Shown here in pieces: positions 1 to 10,549 of a stretch of DNA of 64,000 nucleotides. The notes below the pieces were generated by a model. It was given only the letters and a program-made list of their open reading frames with translations, did not search any database and was not told where the DNA came from. Within the stretch, counting starts at the first letter, position 1. Each line of letters opens with the position of its first letter. A program made the position numbers and the translations under genes. Source of the DNA: Candidatus Aminicenantales bacterium (lineage in GTDB: Bacteria; Acidobacteriota; Aminicenantia; Aminicenantales; UBA4085); the NCBI GenBank assembly GCA_049515535.1, contig JBEKTZ010000007.1:124001-188000 (forward strand), read 5' to 3'.

Positions 1-1490
1 AGAACAAGGACCTGGTCACGGGCGAAGTCGAGGTGGAGGCCGAAGAATTGAAATTGTTCGCCGTGTCCAAGGTCCCGCCGTTCCCCATCGCAGATCCCCC
101 GCAAGCCTCCGAGGAGCTCCGTTTCAAACACCGCTATCTCGATCTGCGGCGGCCGGCGATGCAGCGGAAAATCCGGCTGCGCCACGAAGCGGCGCTCCGC
201 GTCCGGAATTTCCTGAGCCGGCACGGATTCTTCGAGATCGAAACGCCGTTCCTGGGGAAGTCCACGCCCGAGGGCGCCCGCGATTATCTCGTCCCCAGCC
301 GGATTTACAAGGGACGCTTCTACGCCCTGCCGCAGTCCCCGCAGCTCTTCAAGCAGACGCTGATGATCGCCGGGTTCGACCGCTATTTTCAGATTGTCCG
401 CTGCTTCCGCGACGAGGAGCTCAGGGCGGACCGCCAGCCGGAATTCACCCAGATCGATATCGAGATGAGCTTCATCGACCGCGAGGAATTTTTCGCATTG
501 ATCGAGGGGATGATGGTCTCGCTGTTCGAGCTCATCGGCGAAAAATTGACGCCGCCGTTTCCGCGGCTGAGCTACGCGGAGGCGATGGAAAAATACGGGA
601 GCGACAAACCGGACCTCCGCGTCCCTCTCGAGATGAAGGACCTGACGGGAATCGCGGCCGGGTTGAGCGCGGAATTCATCAAGTCCGTCCTGACCTCGGG
701 CGGCCAAGTCAAAGGATTGCTCGTGCCGAAGGCGGCCGGCCTGTCGCGCGGACAGCTCGACAAGCTCGGAGAGAAGGCCAAATCGCTCGGGGCGAAGGGC
801 CTGATGTGGATCAAAAAGCAGGACGGTTTCAAAGCGTCCCTGAAGCTGGCCGAAGGCGAGTTCGAAACGATCTGGAGGGAGCTTGGCGGCGGCGACGGCG
901 ATCTGGCCCTGCTCATCGCCGATAAAAAGGAAACGGCCCTCAAAGCCCTCGGCGAGATCCGCCGGACATGGCCCCAAGAGCCTCCGGCGGGCGGCCGGCG
1001 CGTTTTCAAGTTCGCCTGGATGACGGATTTTCCGCTTCTCGAATGGAGCGAGGAGGAAAAGCGGCTGGTCTCCATGCACCATCCGTTCACCTCGCCGCTC
1101 GATGAGGACGTGGAATTCCTGGACACGGACCCGGCCCGGGTCCGGGCCAAGGCCTACGACCTGATCCTCAACGGCACGGAGATCGGCGGCGGCTCCATCA
1201 GAATCCACGACATGGATTTGCAGAGGAAGATGTTCGGCGTCCTGAAATTGACGCCCAAGGAGACCGAGGAAAAATTCGGATATTTTCTGGAGGCGCTCGG
1301 CTACGGCACGCCTCCGCACGGCGGGATCGCCTTCGGATTCGACCGGCTGGTCATGCTCCTGGCCGGGGAAGAATCCATCCGCGAGGTCATTCCGTTCCCG
1401 AAGACGACGAGCGCGCTGTGCTTGTTCACGAATTCGCCCTCGGAAGTCTCGGAGCGCCAGCTGAGCGAATTGGGCCTGAAACTGAAGTGA
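1..1490 (+). CDS. aspS: Aspartate--tRNA ligase, 5'-truncated by window edge
   Basis: RYLDLRR, STPEGARDYLVP, QSPQLFKQ, FRDEELRADRQPEFTQIDIE, HHPFT, GGGSIRIH, PPHGGIAFGFDR, FPKT motifs. Confidence 0.97.
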   Translation, partial: NKDLVTGEVEVEAEELKLFAVSKVPPFPIADPPQASEELRFKHRYLDLRRPAMQRKIRLRHEAALRVRNFLSRHGFFEIETPFLGKSTPEGARDYLVPSRIYKGRFYALPQSPQLFKQTLMIAGFDRYFQIVRCFRDEELRADRQPEFTQIDIEMSFIDREEFFALIEGMMVSLFELIGEKLTPPFPRLSYAEAMEKYGSDKPDLRVPLEMKDLTGIAAGLSAEFIKSVLTSGGQVKGLLVPKAAGLSRGQLDKLGEKAKSLGAKGLMWIKKQDGFKASLKLAEGEFETIWRELGGGDGDLALLIADKKETALKALGEIRRTWPQEPPAGGRRVFKFAWMTDFPLLEWSEEEKRLVSMHHPFTSPLDEDVEFLDTDPARVRAKAYDLILNGTEIGGGSIRIHDMDLQRKMFGVLKLTPKETEEKFGYFLEALGYGTPPHGGIAFGFDRLVMLLAGEESIREVIPFPKTTSALCLFTNSPSEVSERQLSELGLKLK

Positions 1491-1530
1491 GCCCGGGCGG
1501 CGGGCCAAATGCGAGGCGCCCGCCGGAGCG

Positions 1531-2916
1531 TCATTCCTTCAGAGCGTACCCTTTTTTCCGGAACAACGTCAGACACGCCGAGACGACGGCCGGGTCGTAG
1601 AGGACGCCTCTGTTGTTTTCGATCTCTCTCAACGCCGCCTCGATTCCCAAAGCTGGGCGATACGGTCGATGGGAGGCCATCGCCTCAATGACGTCGGACA
1701 CCGCCAGAATTCGGGATTCAAGAAGAATATCGTCGCCCTTCAGTCTCTGCGGATACCCGGATCCGTTCATCCGTTCATGATGCTGGAGAATCATTTGGGC
1801 GATAGGCCAGGAAAAATCGATGTCATGGAGAATGTCGTGGCCGACTTTAGGATGCGATTTGATCATTTCAAATTCTAGATTCGTCAGGCTGGCCGGTTTG
1901 CTCAAAATTTCCGCGGGGATGGATACTTTCCCGATATCGTGAATGATCCCGGCCGTGCGCAGCCCTTCCACCCGGTCCGCGGTGAGTCCCATTTCCTGGC
2001 CGATGTCCCCGGCCAGATCCGCCACCCGCCTTTGGTGTCCGGCCGTGTAGGGATCTCTTTTTTCCGAAACCGCGGACAGGACTTGGATGATTCCGCTGAG
2101 AACTTTGCGCAGGCCGTCGAGACTATCGCGGAGCTTTGCCTCGGCCTTTATGCGCTCGGTGATGTCAATCGCTATTCCCCGTATTCCGATTGGGACTCCG
2201 TATTCAAGAATGGCGTTCGCCTGCATCAATATCGGGAATTTCCCTCCGTCTTTTCGCATCAGTTGAAACTCGCGGGAGGCCGTTTCTGAACCGCTCAGGA
2301 TCTCCTGTACTCTCTTTGTAATGGTTTCGCGCTCTTCCGGGGCAACCAGCGCAAAGATGTTGATTCCGGACTGAAAATCCTCGAGAGAATAGCCAACGGA
2401 CTTGAGACCGAACTGATTCGTGAATGTGAGAGTCCCTTTGCTATCCGTTTCAAATACGATTTGCGGGAGGAGATCGGAAAGCGTTCGGAACCGCTCCTCG
2501 CTCGCCCGGAGCGCCTCCTCCGCCCGCTTGCGCTCGCGCCGCTCGACGGCGTCGCGCAACTCCCGTTCGACCGCCGGGCCCAAATGCGCCAGCCGGTCTT
2601 TCATGACATAGTCGTTCGCGCCGGCTTTCATGGCCGCGACAGCCTTATCTTCGCCGATGGTGCCGGAGACGATGATACGCGGAATGGCCAGCGCGCGTTC
2701 CCGCATGATTTCCAGCGCCCGCAGCCCATCGAACTCCGGCAGGTTGTAGTCGACCAGGATGATGTCCCAGCCCTGGTCGAGCTGGGCCAGGAAATCCGGC
2801 TCCGTCTCGACCCGCCTCCACTCAGGCTCATATCCGGCGCGACGCAGCTCGTACAGCGCCAGCTCCGCGTCTTCGGCGCGGTCTTCCAGGATCAGGACCT
2901 TGAGTTTCGTCGGCAT
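1531..2916 (-). CDS. Response regulator REC-PAS-HD-GYP (c-di-GMP phosphodiesterase)
   Basis: N-terminal REC (LED, DYNLP, YVMK), central PAS/PAC, IIHDIGK and HHERMNGSGYP. Confidence 0.93.
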   Translation of the reverse strand: MPTKLKVLILEDRAEDAELALYELRRAGYEPEWRRVETEPDFLAQLDQGWDIILVDYNLPEFDGLRALEIMRERALAIPRIIVSGTIGEDKAVAAMKAGANDYVMKDRLAHLGPAVERELRDAVERRERKRAEEALRASEERFRTLSDLLPQIVFETDSKGTLTFTNQFGLKSVGYSLEDFQSGINIFALVAPEERETITKRVQEILSGSETASREFQLMRKDGGKFPILMQANAILEYGVPIGIRGIAIDITERIKAEAKLRDSLDGLRKVLSGIIQVLSAVSEKRDPYTAGHQRRVADLAGDIGQEMGLTADRVEGLRTAGIIHDIGKVSIPAEILSKPASLTNLEFEMIKSHPKVGHDILHDIDFSWPIAQMILQHHERMNGSGYPQRLKGDDILLESRILAVSDVIEAMASHRPYRPALGIEAALREIENNRGVLYDPAVVSACLTLFRKKGYALKE

Positions 2917-2925
2917 CGGTTTACC

Positions 2926-4023
2926 CTATATTTTTTCTCCTAATGTGAGAAAGAACGTCGCGCCTTTGTCCAGCTCCGCTTCCGCCCACACACGCCCGCC
3001 GTGGCGGTGAACGATCCGCTGGACAATAGCCAGCCCGACGCCCGTGCCTTCGTAGTCTTCGGACCGGTGCAACCTCTGGAAGACGCCGAACAGCTTGTCG
3101 ACATAGCGCATATCGAAACCGACGCCGTTGTCGCGAACGAAGAATACATTCTCCCCGTCCTTGCGGATGCAACCGACTTCGATGACCGCCGGATTGCGCT
3201 TACGGGTGAATTTCAGCGCGTTGGAGAGCAGGTTGACGAAGACCTGCCTCAACAACGCGCGGTCGCCTTGGCAGGATGGCAGGTTGCCGACCGTTAACTT
3301 CACATGACGTCCGTCCTGCTCGCTCCGCAGCAGATCCCACGCTTCGCGGACGAGCGCGGCCGGCTTAACTTGGTCTTTGATCATTGCCTGCCGGCCAAGG
3401 TGCGAGAATGCGAGCAGATCGTCCACGAGATGGCCCATTTGAAGCGTGTTCGAGCGGACCAGGCTGAGGTAGCGTTGTGCGTCCGGCGGCAGTTGGGGCG
3501 CGTATTTATCGAGCAGGATGCGCGAGAATCCGTCAACAGCCCTCAGCGGGGCGCGTAAATCGTGGGACACCGAATAGGTAAACGCTTCCAGTTCCTTGTT
3601 GGCTGCTTCCAGCTCTTTCTGGTAATTGCTTATTAGGTCGTTGTAGGCCTTGACCTTTAGCAGGGACCGGACCCGGGCTAAAAGCTCTATCTTATCAACA
3701 GGCGATGAAATAAAATCATCACAACCGGCTTCAATTCCCTTTACCCGATCTTCCGTATCCCGCAGTACGGTAACCAAGATTATCGGAAGCAGTCGATGTG
3801 TATTATCTTGCCTGACCCTGCGGGTAACTTCAAAACCATCAATGCCGGGCATCAATACGTCCAGCAGAATCAGATCGATTTGCTCACCAGAAAGTTTCCC
3901 CAGCGCTTCTTCACCGTTTGCCGCCTTGACAATTTCATAACCCTGCGGAACAAGATATGCTTCGAGAAGTTCAATGTTTTGGGGCTCGTCATCAACAACT
4001 AAGATTACTGGTTTGTCCTTCAT
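2926..4023 (-). CDS. Hybrid REC-histidine kinase
   Basis: VVDDE/DVLMP receiver; H-box SHDLRAPL, N-box NLLSNALKF, DNGVG, GTGVGL. Confidence 0.93.
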   Translation of the reverse strand: MKDKPVILVVDDEPQNIELLEAYLVPQGYEIVKAANGEEALGKLSGEQIDLILLDVLMPGIDGFEVTRRVRQDNTHRLLPIILVTVLRDTEDRVKGIEAGCDDFISSPVDKIELLARVRSLLKVKAYNDLISNYQKELEAANKELEAFTYSVSHDLRAPLRAVDGFSRILLDKYAPQLPPDAQRYLSLVRSNTLQMGHLVDDLLAFSHLGRQAMIKDQVKPAALVREAWDLLRSEQDGRHVKLTVGNLPSCQGDRALLRQVFVNLLSNALKFTRKRNPAVIEVGCIRKDGENVFFVRDNGVGFDMRYVDKLFGVFQRLHRSEDYEGTGVGLAIVQRIVHRHGGRVWAEAELDKGATFFLTLGEKI

Positions 4024-4066
4024 CCACTATCTCTTTTGAATTTAACTTTTCAACATATTAGAAAAC

Positions 4067-4432
4067 TCACTTAATAAATTGACTAATTTCTTTCGCAAAA
4101 GTGCGCGTATTTATCGGCTTACCTATAAATCCGGTGTTAGTTATGGCTTTTATCTCTTCTCTGCCTTCTGCCATTACAGAAGCAGTCACAAAAACAATGG
4201 GAATATCGCGTGTCTCTTTGTCTTGACGTAATATCCTGGCGGCTTCGGAACCACGCATATCTGGAAGCCGCATATCCATAATTATAATATCCGGTTTTTC
4301 TTTCCTGGCAATGGCAATTCCCCCGGCAGCATTTTCCGCTTCAAACACTTCAAAGCCAGCGACCTCCAAAAGGTCTTTTTCCAGTGTCAGATTGTTTTCA
4401 TTATCATCGACAACTAATGCTTTCTTCCTCAT
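4067..4432 (-). CDS. Single-domain response regulator (DivK/CheY-like)
   Basis: VVDDN, MDMRLP, VTA, GKP; 121 aa. Confidence 0.9.
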   Translation of the reverse strand: MRKKALVVDDNENNLTLEKDLLEVAGFEVFEAENAAGGIAIARKEKPDIIIMDMRLPDMRGSEAARILRQDKETRDIPIVFVTASVMAEGREEIKAITNTGFIGKPINTRTFAKEISQFIK

Positions 4433-4433
4433 C

Positions 4434-6020
4434 TCACACCATCCTCCTGGATATAATAGGCAAAGTAAACCGGACCGCGGTGCCTCTATTTAGCCCCTCT
4501 GATTCTACAGAAAGCTTCCCGCCGTGCAGCTCAACCAGCTTTTTAGAGAGCGGTAAACCGAGTCCGGTCCCTTCAGTTACCCGGGAATATGCGGTATCGA
4601 CACGGAAAAAACCTTCAAATATTTTCTCCATGTTTTCAGGTGCGATACCAACTCCCGTATCCCAGACCACTACTTCTATCTCGGAATCGGCTTTCTTCGC
4701 CCGCATGCCAATTTTACCACCCTCGGGGGTAAATTTAACTGCGTTTGAAAGCAGGTTGTAAATTATCTCTTTTGTCTTGAGCTCATCTGCCTCAATATTC
4801 GGCAGATCTTCGGCTATTTCAAGCAACATTTCAATCTTCTTTTTGCTGACCATATCCGCTACCAGCATTGAAATATCATTTAATAGGTTTTTCATGGGTA
4901 AGCTGGATAATGTCAGCTTCATCTTTCCGGCTTCAACTTTTGCCATATCAAGTATCTGATTTATCAGCAAGAGAAGGTGCTTTCCGCTGGTTAAAACATT
5001 ATTAACGTATTTCTTCTGCTTCTCATTAAGCGGTCCGAAAGTCTCGTCGCATAATACCTCAGAAAAACCGTTAATAGAGTTAAGCGGGGTCCTAAGCTCA
5101 TGCGACATGTTGGCCAAAAATTCAGATTTTACCTTAGCGGTGCGTTTTAACTCGGCGGCCAACTCCTTTAACGCTTCATGGGCTTTTTCCAGACCGTTTT
5201 CTATCTCCCTGCGCTCGGTGATATCCTCGATGGTCAGGAGGATGATCCGCTCTTTGCCCAACACTCTTTGAATCTGCCGGGCATTCAAAAGCATTATGCG
5301 CCTGCCAATGGTCGCAAAATCGTGTTCCACCTCATAGTTATCAAAGGTTGCCTTTTGGGGAAGGATGGTTTCCAGCAGTTCCCGCAGCTTGGGGATATTC
5401 CACTGTTTATTGCCCAGGTCATAAATAAGCTGTCCCACGGTCTCTTTGGGGTTTACCTTAAAGACTTCATAGAAGGAGCGGCTGACGGAGACCACCCTTA
5501 AATCTTGATCCAGAGCGATCAAGGGTTCACGTATGGTGTTGATGATGCTCTCTGAGTATTCGCGGGCTGCATCTTCGGATATTTTAGTTGCGGCCAGTTC
5601 TTTGCGGGCTTTTTCCAACCCATTTTCTATCTCCCTACGCTCGGTGATATCCTCGATGGCCAGGAGGATGATCCGCTCTTTGCCCAACACTCTTTGAATC
5701 TGCCGGGCATTCAAAAGCATAATGCGCTTGCCGATGGTGGCAAAATCGTGTTCAACCTCATAGTCATCAAAGGTTGTCTTTTGGGGAAGGATGGTTTCCA
5801 GCAGCTCCCGCAGCTTGGGAATATCCCACTGTTTATTGCCCAGGTCATAAATAAGCTGTCCCACAGTCTCTTCAGGTTTTACCTTAAAGAATTCATAGAA
5901 GGAGCGGCTGGCGGTGACCACCCTTAGATCTTGATCCAGAGCGATTAAGGGTTCACGCACGGTGTTGATGATGCTCTCGGCGTATTCCAGGGATTGGATG
6001 ATGGTTTTATTCCGGAACAT
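4434..6020 (-). CDS. PAS-PAS sensor histidine kinase
   Basis: Two near-identical PAS repeats; SHELRTPL, NLLSNAVKF, DTGVG, GTGLGL. Confidence 0.93.
   Translation of the reverse strand: MFRNKTIIQSLEYAESIINTVREPLIALDQDLRVVTASRSFYEFFKVKPEETVGQLIYDLGNKQWDIPKLRELLETILPQKTTFDDYEVEHDFATIGKRIMLLNARQIQRVLGKERIILLAIEDITERREIENGLEKARKELAATKISEDAAREYSESIINTIREPLIALDQDLRVVSVSRSFYEVFKVNPKETVGQLIYDLGNKQWNIPKLRELLETILPQKATFDNYEVEHDFATIGRRIMLLNARQIQRVLGKERIILLTIEDITERREIENGLEKAHEALKELAAELKRTAKVKSEFLANMSHELRTPLNSINGFSEVLCDETFGPLNEKQKKYVNNVLTSGKHLLLLINQILDMAKVEAGKMKLTLSSLPMKNLLNDISMLVADMVSKKKIEMLLEIAEDLPNIEADELKTKEIIYNLLSNAVKFTPEGGKIGMRAKKADSEIEVVVWDTGVGIAPENMEKIFEGFFRVDTAYSRVTEGTGLGLPLSKKLVELHGGKLSVESEGLNRGTAVRFTLPIISRRMV
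5180..5987. repeat. Intragenic duplication of a PAS module, period 426 nt (boundaries approximate)
   Basis: gatgatgctc at 5541 and 5967; ttttctatc at 5197 and 5623. Confidence 0.9.
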
Positions 6021-6302
6021 TTTTATGCCTCCTCGCGTTCGGGGATGCCTTTGGGGTGGACCTCATAATGCAGAATTTGTCGCGGATCGCCGATATCAAA
6101 GGAATCACGCTCGCGTCGAGCCCGCTCATCTCGGCGAGAACGACTTTTCTCTTTCCCCTGGTCCGGCTTGAAAAGGAGGATGAACTAACTACCCCCTCAA
6201 ACCATTGTAATTCTCGGCCTCTCCGAAAAGCAAGCCAAATGATTTTTTCCGCGGCGCGCCAAATGGCGGTTTCGGACGAGATTTGGTGAGGCTCGAGCCG
6301 GA

Positions 6303-8876
6303 TTATCGGACTCTGCGGGTTTCGGCGATGAGGGCACCGGCGACCGCGACAAGCGTGAATAGGAAAATGTGCCAGACGCATCTGACGGCCAGCCGGCCGA
6401 GGGTCTGCTCTCCCGCCGTCACGCCGGCGTAAAGGGGGGGCAGGAACGTATTCGCCATCGCGTAAAACAGACCGATGGTCCCCCCGCTCAGCGTTGCCAA
6501 AAAGAGCCGCCGGCCGAACGCCGCTCCGCCGGCGAGCCGGCTGATCGCGGCCGAAGCCAGCAGCGGCGCCCAGAGCGCCGCCCACCAGATGTTTCCAAGG
6601 GCGGGGACGTTTCCCTTCCACCGGAAATAGGCGAAGTCGAGGAGCGCGAGCAGGGCCGTCGCCGCCAGGATCAAGGCCGGCGCGTGCGCGGAGCGGGCCG
6701 GTTTTCCGGCCCGCGCTTCCTGGCGGAGCTTCATGCGGCGCCGGATCGTGAGCGGAAAGTTGTAGAACACATCAAAGACGAAATGCTCCAGCCACGCGCC
6801 TTTCTCTCCGAAAACGGGGACGATATGCACGGCGCTCGTCGCCCAGTGGCCGGCCATGAACCGGGCCAGGTCGGGATAGCGATAGGCCATCTGGACCGGA
6901 AAGGCGAAATAGCCGATATACTTGAAGAAGCTCATCCAGAAGGCGATATTGTAGTTCTTGAAATTCTTTTCGCGGAGGATGAGCGAGCTCGTGTAGATCC
7001 CCCGGGCGATCGACCCCGGCGAGATGGGAATGATCTGGAAAATGGCGAAGATGACGCCCGTCGTCAGGCCCGCCTGCTGCCAGGTCATTTCGGAGTGGAA
7101 GCGGAGATAGATGAACGCCGTGATCAGGGCCACGACGTGGGTCGTCGGCATGAGCAGGATGTGGATGGCCAGGCTTTTCAAATATTTCTGGATGAACGGC
7201 TCCTTGATTTGCCCGTCGATGTGTGAGGCCTCGTCGCGGGTCAGCATCCCGTTTCGCTCGCCGGCGGCGATCATGTCGTGGAGCCACTTTTCGCGCTCCT
7301 CGGCTTTGAAGTACAGCCGCACCGGCTTGACGAAGATGAGGAAGAGGCGCTGCCGGAAATAGCGTTTGTCCGTGAGAAAGCGGTGAAGCCCGGACGGCAG
7401 CAGAGAGAACGGCAGGTGGAGGTAATAGCGCCAGGGCTTGTCCGCGATCTTGAGGGCCCGCTCCTCGGAAACGCGGCCCGCCCGGTGCCAGCGGATGAGC
7501 GCTTCGGCGATTCGGGCGCGGCTCGCGCGCATAAAATATCCGGCGCTCGTCAGTATCGCCCCCCAATGACGGCGAAGATAAGTGCGGCCCCAGAGCCCGC
7601 GGAGAAAGGGAGCGAAGAGCGGAAGAGCCCACAGAGGATAAAGCCACCATGTCCGGCCCGGAAAGGCGAAGACCAGAAGGGCCGGCGTCGCGACCGGGAC
7701 GATCGCCAGAAGCAGGAAGACAAGAGAGAGGAGTCCGCTTTTTTCGAGGCGCGCCACCGTCCGTTCGTCGGTTATGTTCCGGACGCGCCAGCTCTGCCGG
7801 AAGGCGCCCATGATCGCCCGCCGGAGCTTTCGGCCGAAGAGGCGGACGTGGTGGTACGTGAAGTCGATCAGCGAATCGCGGTAGGCGCGGTCTTCCCGTT
7901 TCAAACTTTCGAGCGGGGCGCGCATATCGGCGAATTCGCCGGGATGAGCGTCGACGAATTCTTCGAGCTTATTCAGGTTGCCTTTGTCGAATTGGACCAA
8001 ACGGCCGCGGGCAAGCCCCTGGAAAACGAGTTTGATATCCGCCGGGCACTGAGGCGTGACCGGGGTGAGGACCATGCCCGCTCTGAAATCCACGGCGACG
8101 AGGCCCGCTTTCGGATCCGGGTCGCTCGCCGTCCGCTTCATGGCGTTGGGCTGGCTTTTGAGCGACCACCATTCATATTGGCGGGCCAGCTCCACGGCGC
8201 CGATCCGGCGCATGAGCCGCACGAGGCGGGCCATGAACTCGCGCTTGGTCCGGTATTCGGGCGAGCCGGCGTCGCCGTCCGGACGGCCGGGTTTCCCGCG
8301 GCGCCTGTTGTCGAGGTCATCGTCCGCCTCGAACCGCCACATCCGTCCGTCCACCCATTCGCTGATCTCCCCGCAGCTTCCCAGGTTGGCGTCGATCAGG
8401 GTCGCCAAGACGTCCACGACCGCGTTTTCCGAGCCGAATTCGATCTTGGCCGCCCGGCGGATGAATTTCTGCCAGAGCGCCTGTGAACGGCCTGCGGCCG
8501 GCGTGACTTGAAGCGAAAAGGGGCCCTGAAACCCCATGATGTAAACCAGGCTGCGGATACTTCGGCTGAATCCTGACGGGGGGATGAAGATCTTGACGGC
8601 GTAGGCCCGGTCCCGTTCGAGGCCGTGGATGTCGCCCTCGAGAATTTCGATGTCCCGGCAGATGACTTTATAGACCTGCCCGGCGAAGCCTCCGCCGACG
8701 AATTTCTGGATCTCGAGCTTGATCTTCGCCCGGCCGTCGGGGATGACTCCGCGGACTTCATAATCGAGAACGGTTCCCGGCTCGTAGCGGCGGACGCGGA
8801 ACGGCCGGAAGATGTCCTGCTCCCGGAATTTCCGCTCTAAAGCGCGAACCGTGTCGACGGAATAGAAGACGGCCAT
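6303..8876 (-). CDS. Hypothetical membrane protein with N-terminal protein-kinase-like motifs
   Basis: FVGGGFAGQVY, YAVK, QPN, VAVDF followed by several hydrophobic helices. Confidence 0.6.
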   Translation of the reverse strand: MAVFYSVDTVRALERKFREQDIFRPFRVRRYEPGTVLDYEVRGVIPDGRAKIKLEIQKFVGGGFAGQVYKVICRDIEILEGDIHGLERDRAYAVKIFIPPSGFSRSIRSLVYIMGFQGPFSLQVTPAAGRSQALWQKFIRRAAKIEFGSENAVVDVLATLIDANLGSCGEISEWVDGRMWRFEADDDLDNRRRGKPGRPDGDAGSPEYRTKREFMARLVRLMRRIGAVELARQYEWWSLKSQPNAMKRTASDPDPKAGLVAVDFRAGMVLTPVTPQCPADIKLVFQGLARGRLVQFDKGNLNKLEEFVDAHPGEFADMRAPLESLKREDRAYRDSLIDFTYHHVRLFGRKLRRAIMGAFRQSWRVRNITDERTVARLEKSGLLSLVFLLLAIVPVATPALLVFAFPGRTWWLYPLWALPLFAPFLRGLWGRTYLRRHWGAILTSAGYFMRASRARIAEALIRWHRAGRVSEERALKIADKPWRYYLHLPFSLLPSGLHRFLTDKRYFRQRLFLIFVKPVRLYFKAEEREKWLHDMIAAGERNGMLTRDEASHIDGQIKEPFIQKYLKSLAIHILLMPTTHVVALITAFIYLRFHSEMTWQQAGLTTGVIFAIFQIIPISPGSIARGIYTSSLILREKNFKNYNIAFWMSFFKYIGYFAFPVQMAYRYPDLARFMAGHWATSAVHIVPVFGEKGAWLEHFVFDVFYNFPLTIRRRMKLRQEARAGKPARSAHAPALILAATALLALLDFAYFRWKGNVPALGNIWWAALWAPLLASAAISRLAGGAAFGRRLFLATLSGGTIGLFYAMANTFLPPLYAGVTAGEQTLGRLAVRCVWHIFLFTLVAVAGALIAETRRVR

Positions 8877-8881
8877 GAATT

Positions 8882-10444
8882 CTATTTAATGTCGGCGGCG
8901 AAGGCATTCAGGACTTTTTTAGTTTCTTTGTCCTGCGCGAAAAAGACGAAAGCGAGATTGGTCCGGTCGATCTTAAGGTGCCGCTCGGCGAAGCGGAAAT
9001 TCGGGATCCGGTCGTAGGTCTTCTCGAACTCGGTTAGATATAGGTCGGTCGCTTTTTCGTTGGCGGCCAGATCGAAAGAGACCTGCTTTGCTGCGGCCGC
9101 CGGATCGACCGTCGCGAAATCGCGGACGACCAGCTTGTGGAAGACGATGCCGTTGCTGCCGCGGTACTTTTCCTCTTTCTGGACGAGAGCGATGTTGTAC
9201 TCGGCATTGGGAATGACCTTGTCGAAGGAATAATCGATCTTCACGATATCGCCGGCGCGGGCCCCCGCGGCCTTGAGGACGACCTGCGGCGCTTCGTTGA
9301 TTTTCGCGTTGATCTCGTCACGATACTCCTTGAATTTTCCCTCGGCCATGGCCTTGCTGCCGCCTCCGACTTTCTTGTTGCCGTCGATGATGGTCGTCGG
9401 GGTGCTGTTGACCGCGTAATAATCCTGCCGTTTCTTCGTGGCGGGATTCATGATCGGATCCGGCCGGGGGATGGGCAGATGGTACACGAGGATGGCCAGA
9501 TATTTGGACGCGTACGCCTCGATCAGTCCGTCGAATCCAAGATCGGCTCCCACGCAGGGCGGACATTCGGAACCCGTGAAGATTTCGGCGAGGACGGCTT
9601 TGCCCTTCCATTCGGCCGTCGGCTGGAACGTCCCTGGGTGATACGGCAGCTCGCGCCATTTGGCTTCGAGCTTCGCTTCGAAGCCGTCGGGCTTGCCGTT
9701 GACTTTCTGGTAATATTCCTTGGCTTTGTCGACGGCATCCTGGTAGTTTTCGACGGCGGCTTCGAAATAGCCCGCCAGGGCTTCCTTGTTCTTTCCCAAC
9801 AAAGCATTGGCCGCGGCGAAGGTGTAGTGGAACTCGGAGCCCATTTCCCCGCCGCCTTTCTTAAACGTCTCCAAGGCGTTGAGGGCCTTTGCGGCGCTGC
9901 CCTCGTTCAGGAAGGCCTGGGCTTCGACGAGATAGAATTCGGCGATATATGTGGAAACCCGATTCTGCTGCTGGGGCGGGATGGATTTCAGAATTTCCGG
10001 ATCGGCGATGGCCTTTCGGCCGGCATCGGCATAGCCGCTGACGATTTCCGTGACCCTTTCCTTGTTGAACTGTTTAAGACTTTTGTGGCTGATGATCTGC
10101 ATGCTCGAGGTATAATACAACGCAACTTTGCGGAACCCTTGGGCCTGGGCGATGACCGGCCTCTGGAGATCGGCCACGGCGTCCACGGTCGCGCAGAGGC
10201 CGATTCTGGCCGTCAAAATCATGCCGTCGATGTTCGACATCAATGAACTGTTCGGAAAGGCGGCTTTGATTCTCTCCAGTTCCTTGATCCGGGCGTTGAG
10301 ATCCTCGATCCTCATGGCCGCGACGAGGTCCTTTTGTTCGGGCGGCGCTTCACGCCGGGCTTGCCGGGCAAAGGTCTGGACCGCGAGGACCAATCCAAAG
10401 GCTAAAATTACGACGCAAATCATGTTTCGTCTGCGTGTGTTCAC
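8882..10444 (-). CDS. Exported helical/TPR-like protein with Omp28-like thioredoxin domain
   Basis: GTG start after GAGGAGG; signal peptide; EIFTGSECPPC, YHLP, TPT..IDG. Confidence 0.7.
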   Translation of the reverse strand: MNTRRRNMICVVILAFGLVLAVQTFARQARREAPPEQKDLVAAMRIEDLNARIKELERIKAAFPNSSLMSNIDGMILTARIGLCATVDAVADLQRPVIAQAQGFRKVALYYTSSMQIISHKSLKQFNKERVTEIVSGYADAGRKAIADPEILKSIPPQQQNRVSTYIAEFYLVEAQAFLNEGSAAKALNALETFKKGGGEMGSEFHYTFAAANALLGKNKEALAGYFEAAVENYQDAVDKAKEYYQKVNGKPDGFEAKLEAKWRELPYHPGTFQPTAEWKGKAVLAEIFTGSECPPCVGADLGFDGLIEAYASKYLAILVYHLPIPRPDPIMNPATKKRQDYYAVNSTPTTIIDGNKKVGGGSKAMAEGKFKEYRDEINAKINEAPQVVLKAAGARAGDIVKIDYSFDKVIPNAEYNIALVQKEEKYRGSNGIVFHKLVVRDFATVDPAAAAKQVSFDLAANEKATDLYLTEFEKTYDRIPNFRFAERHLKIDRTNLAFVFFAQDKETKKVLNAFAADIK

Positions 10445-10549
10445 TTTTGGCCTCCTCAAGAAAGGCTCATTATATAGAAATCAGGGTGTTTGCTCAAATG
10501 CGAAGAAGCCGACGGGCCGGGGGATGCTGCCCCGCTCCAGCGGCTATCG

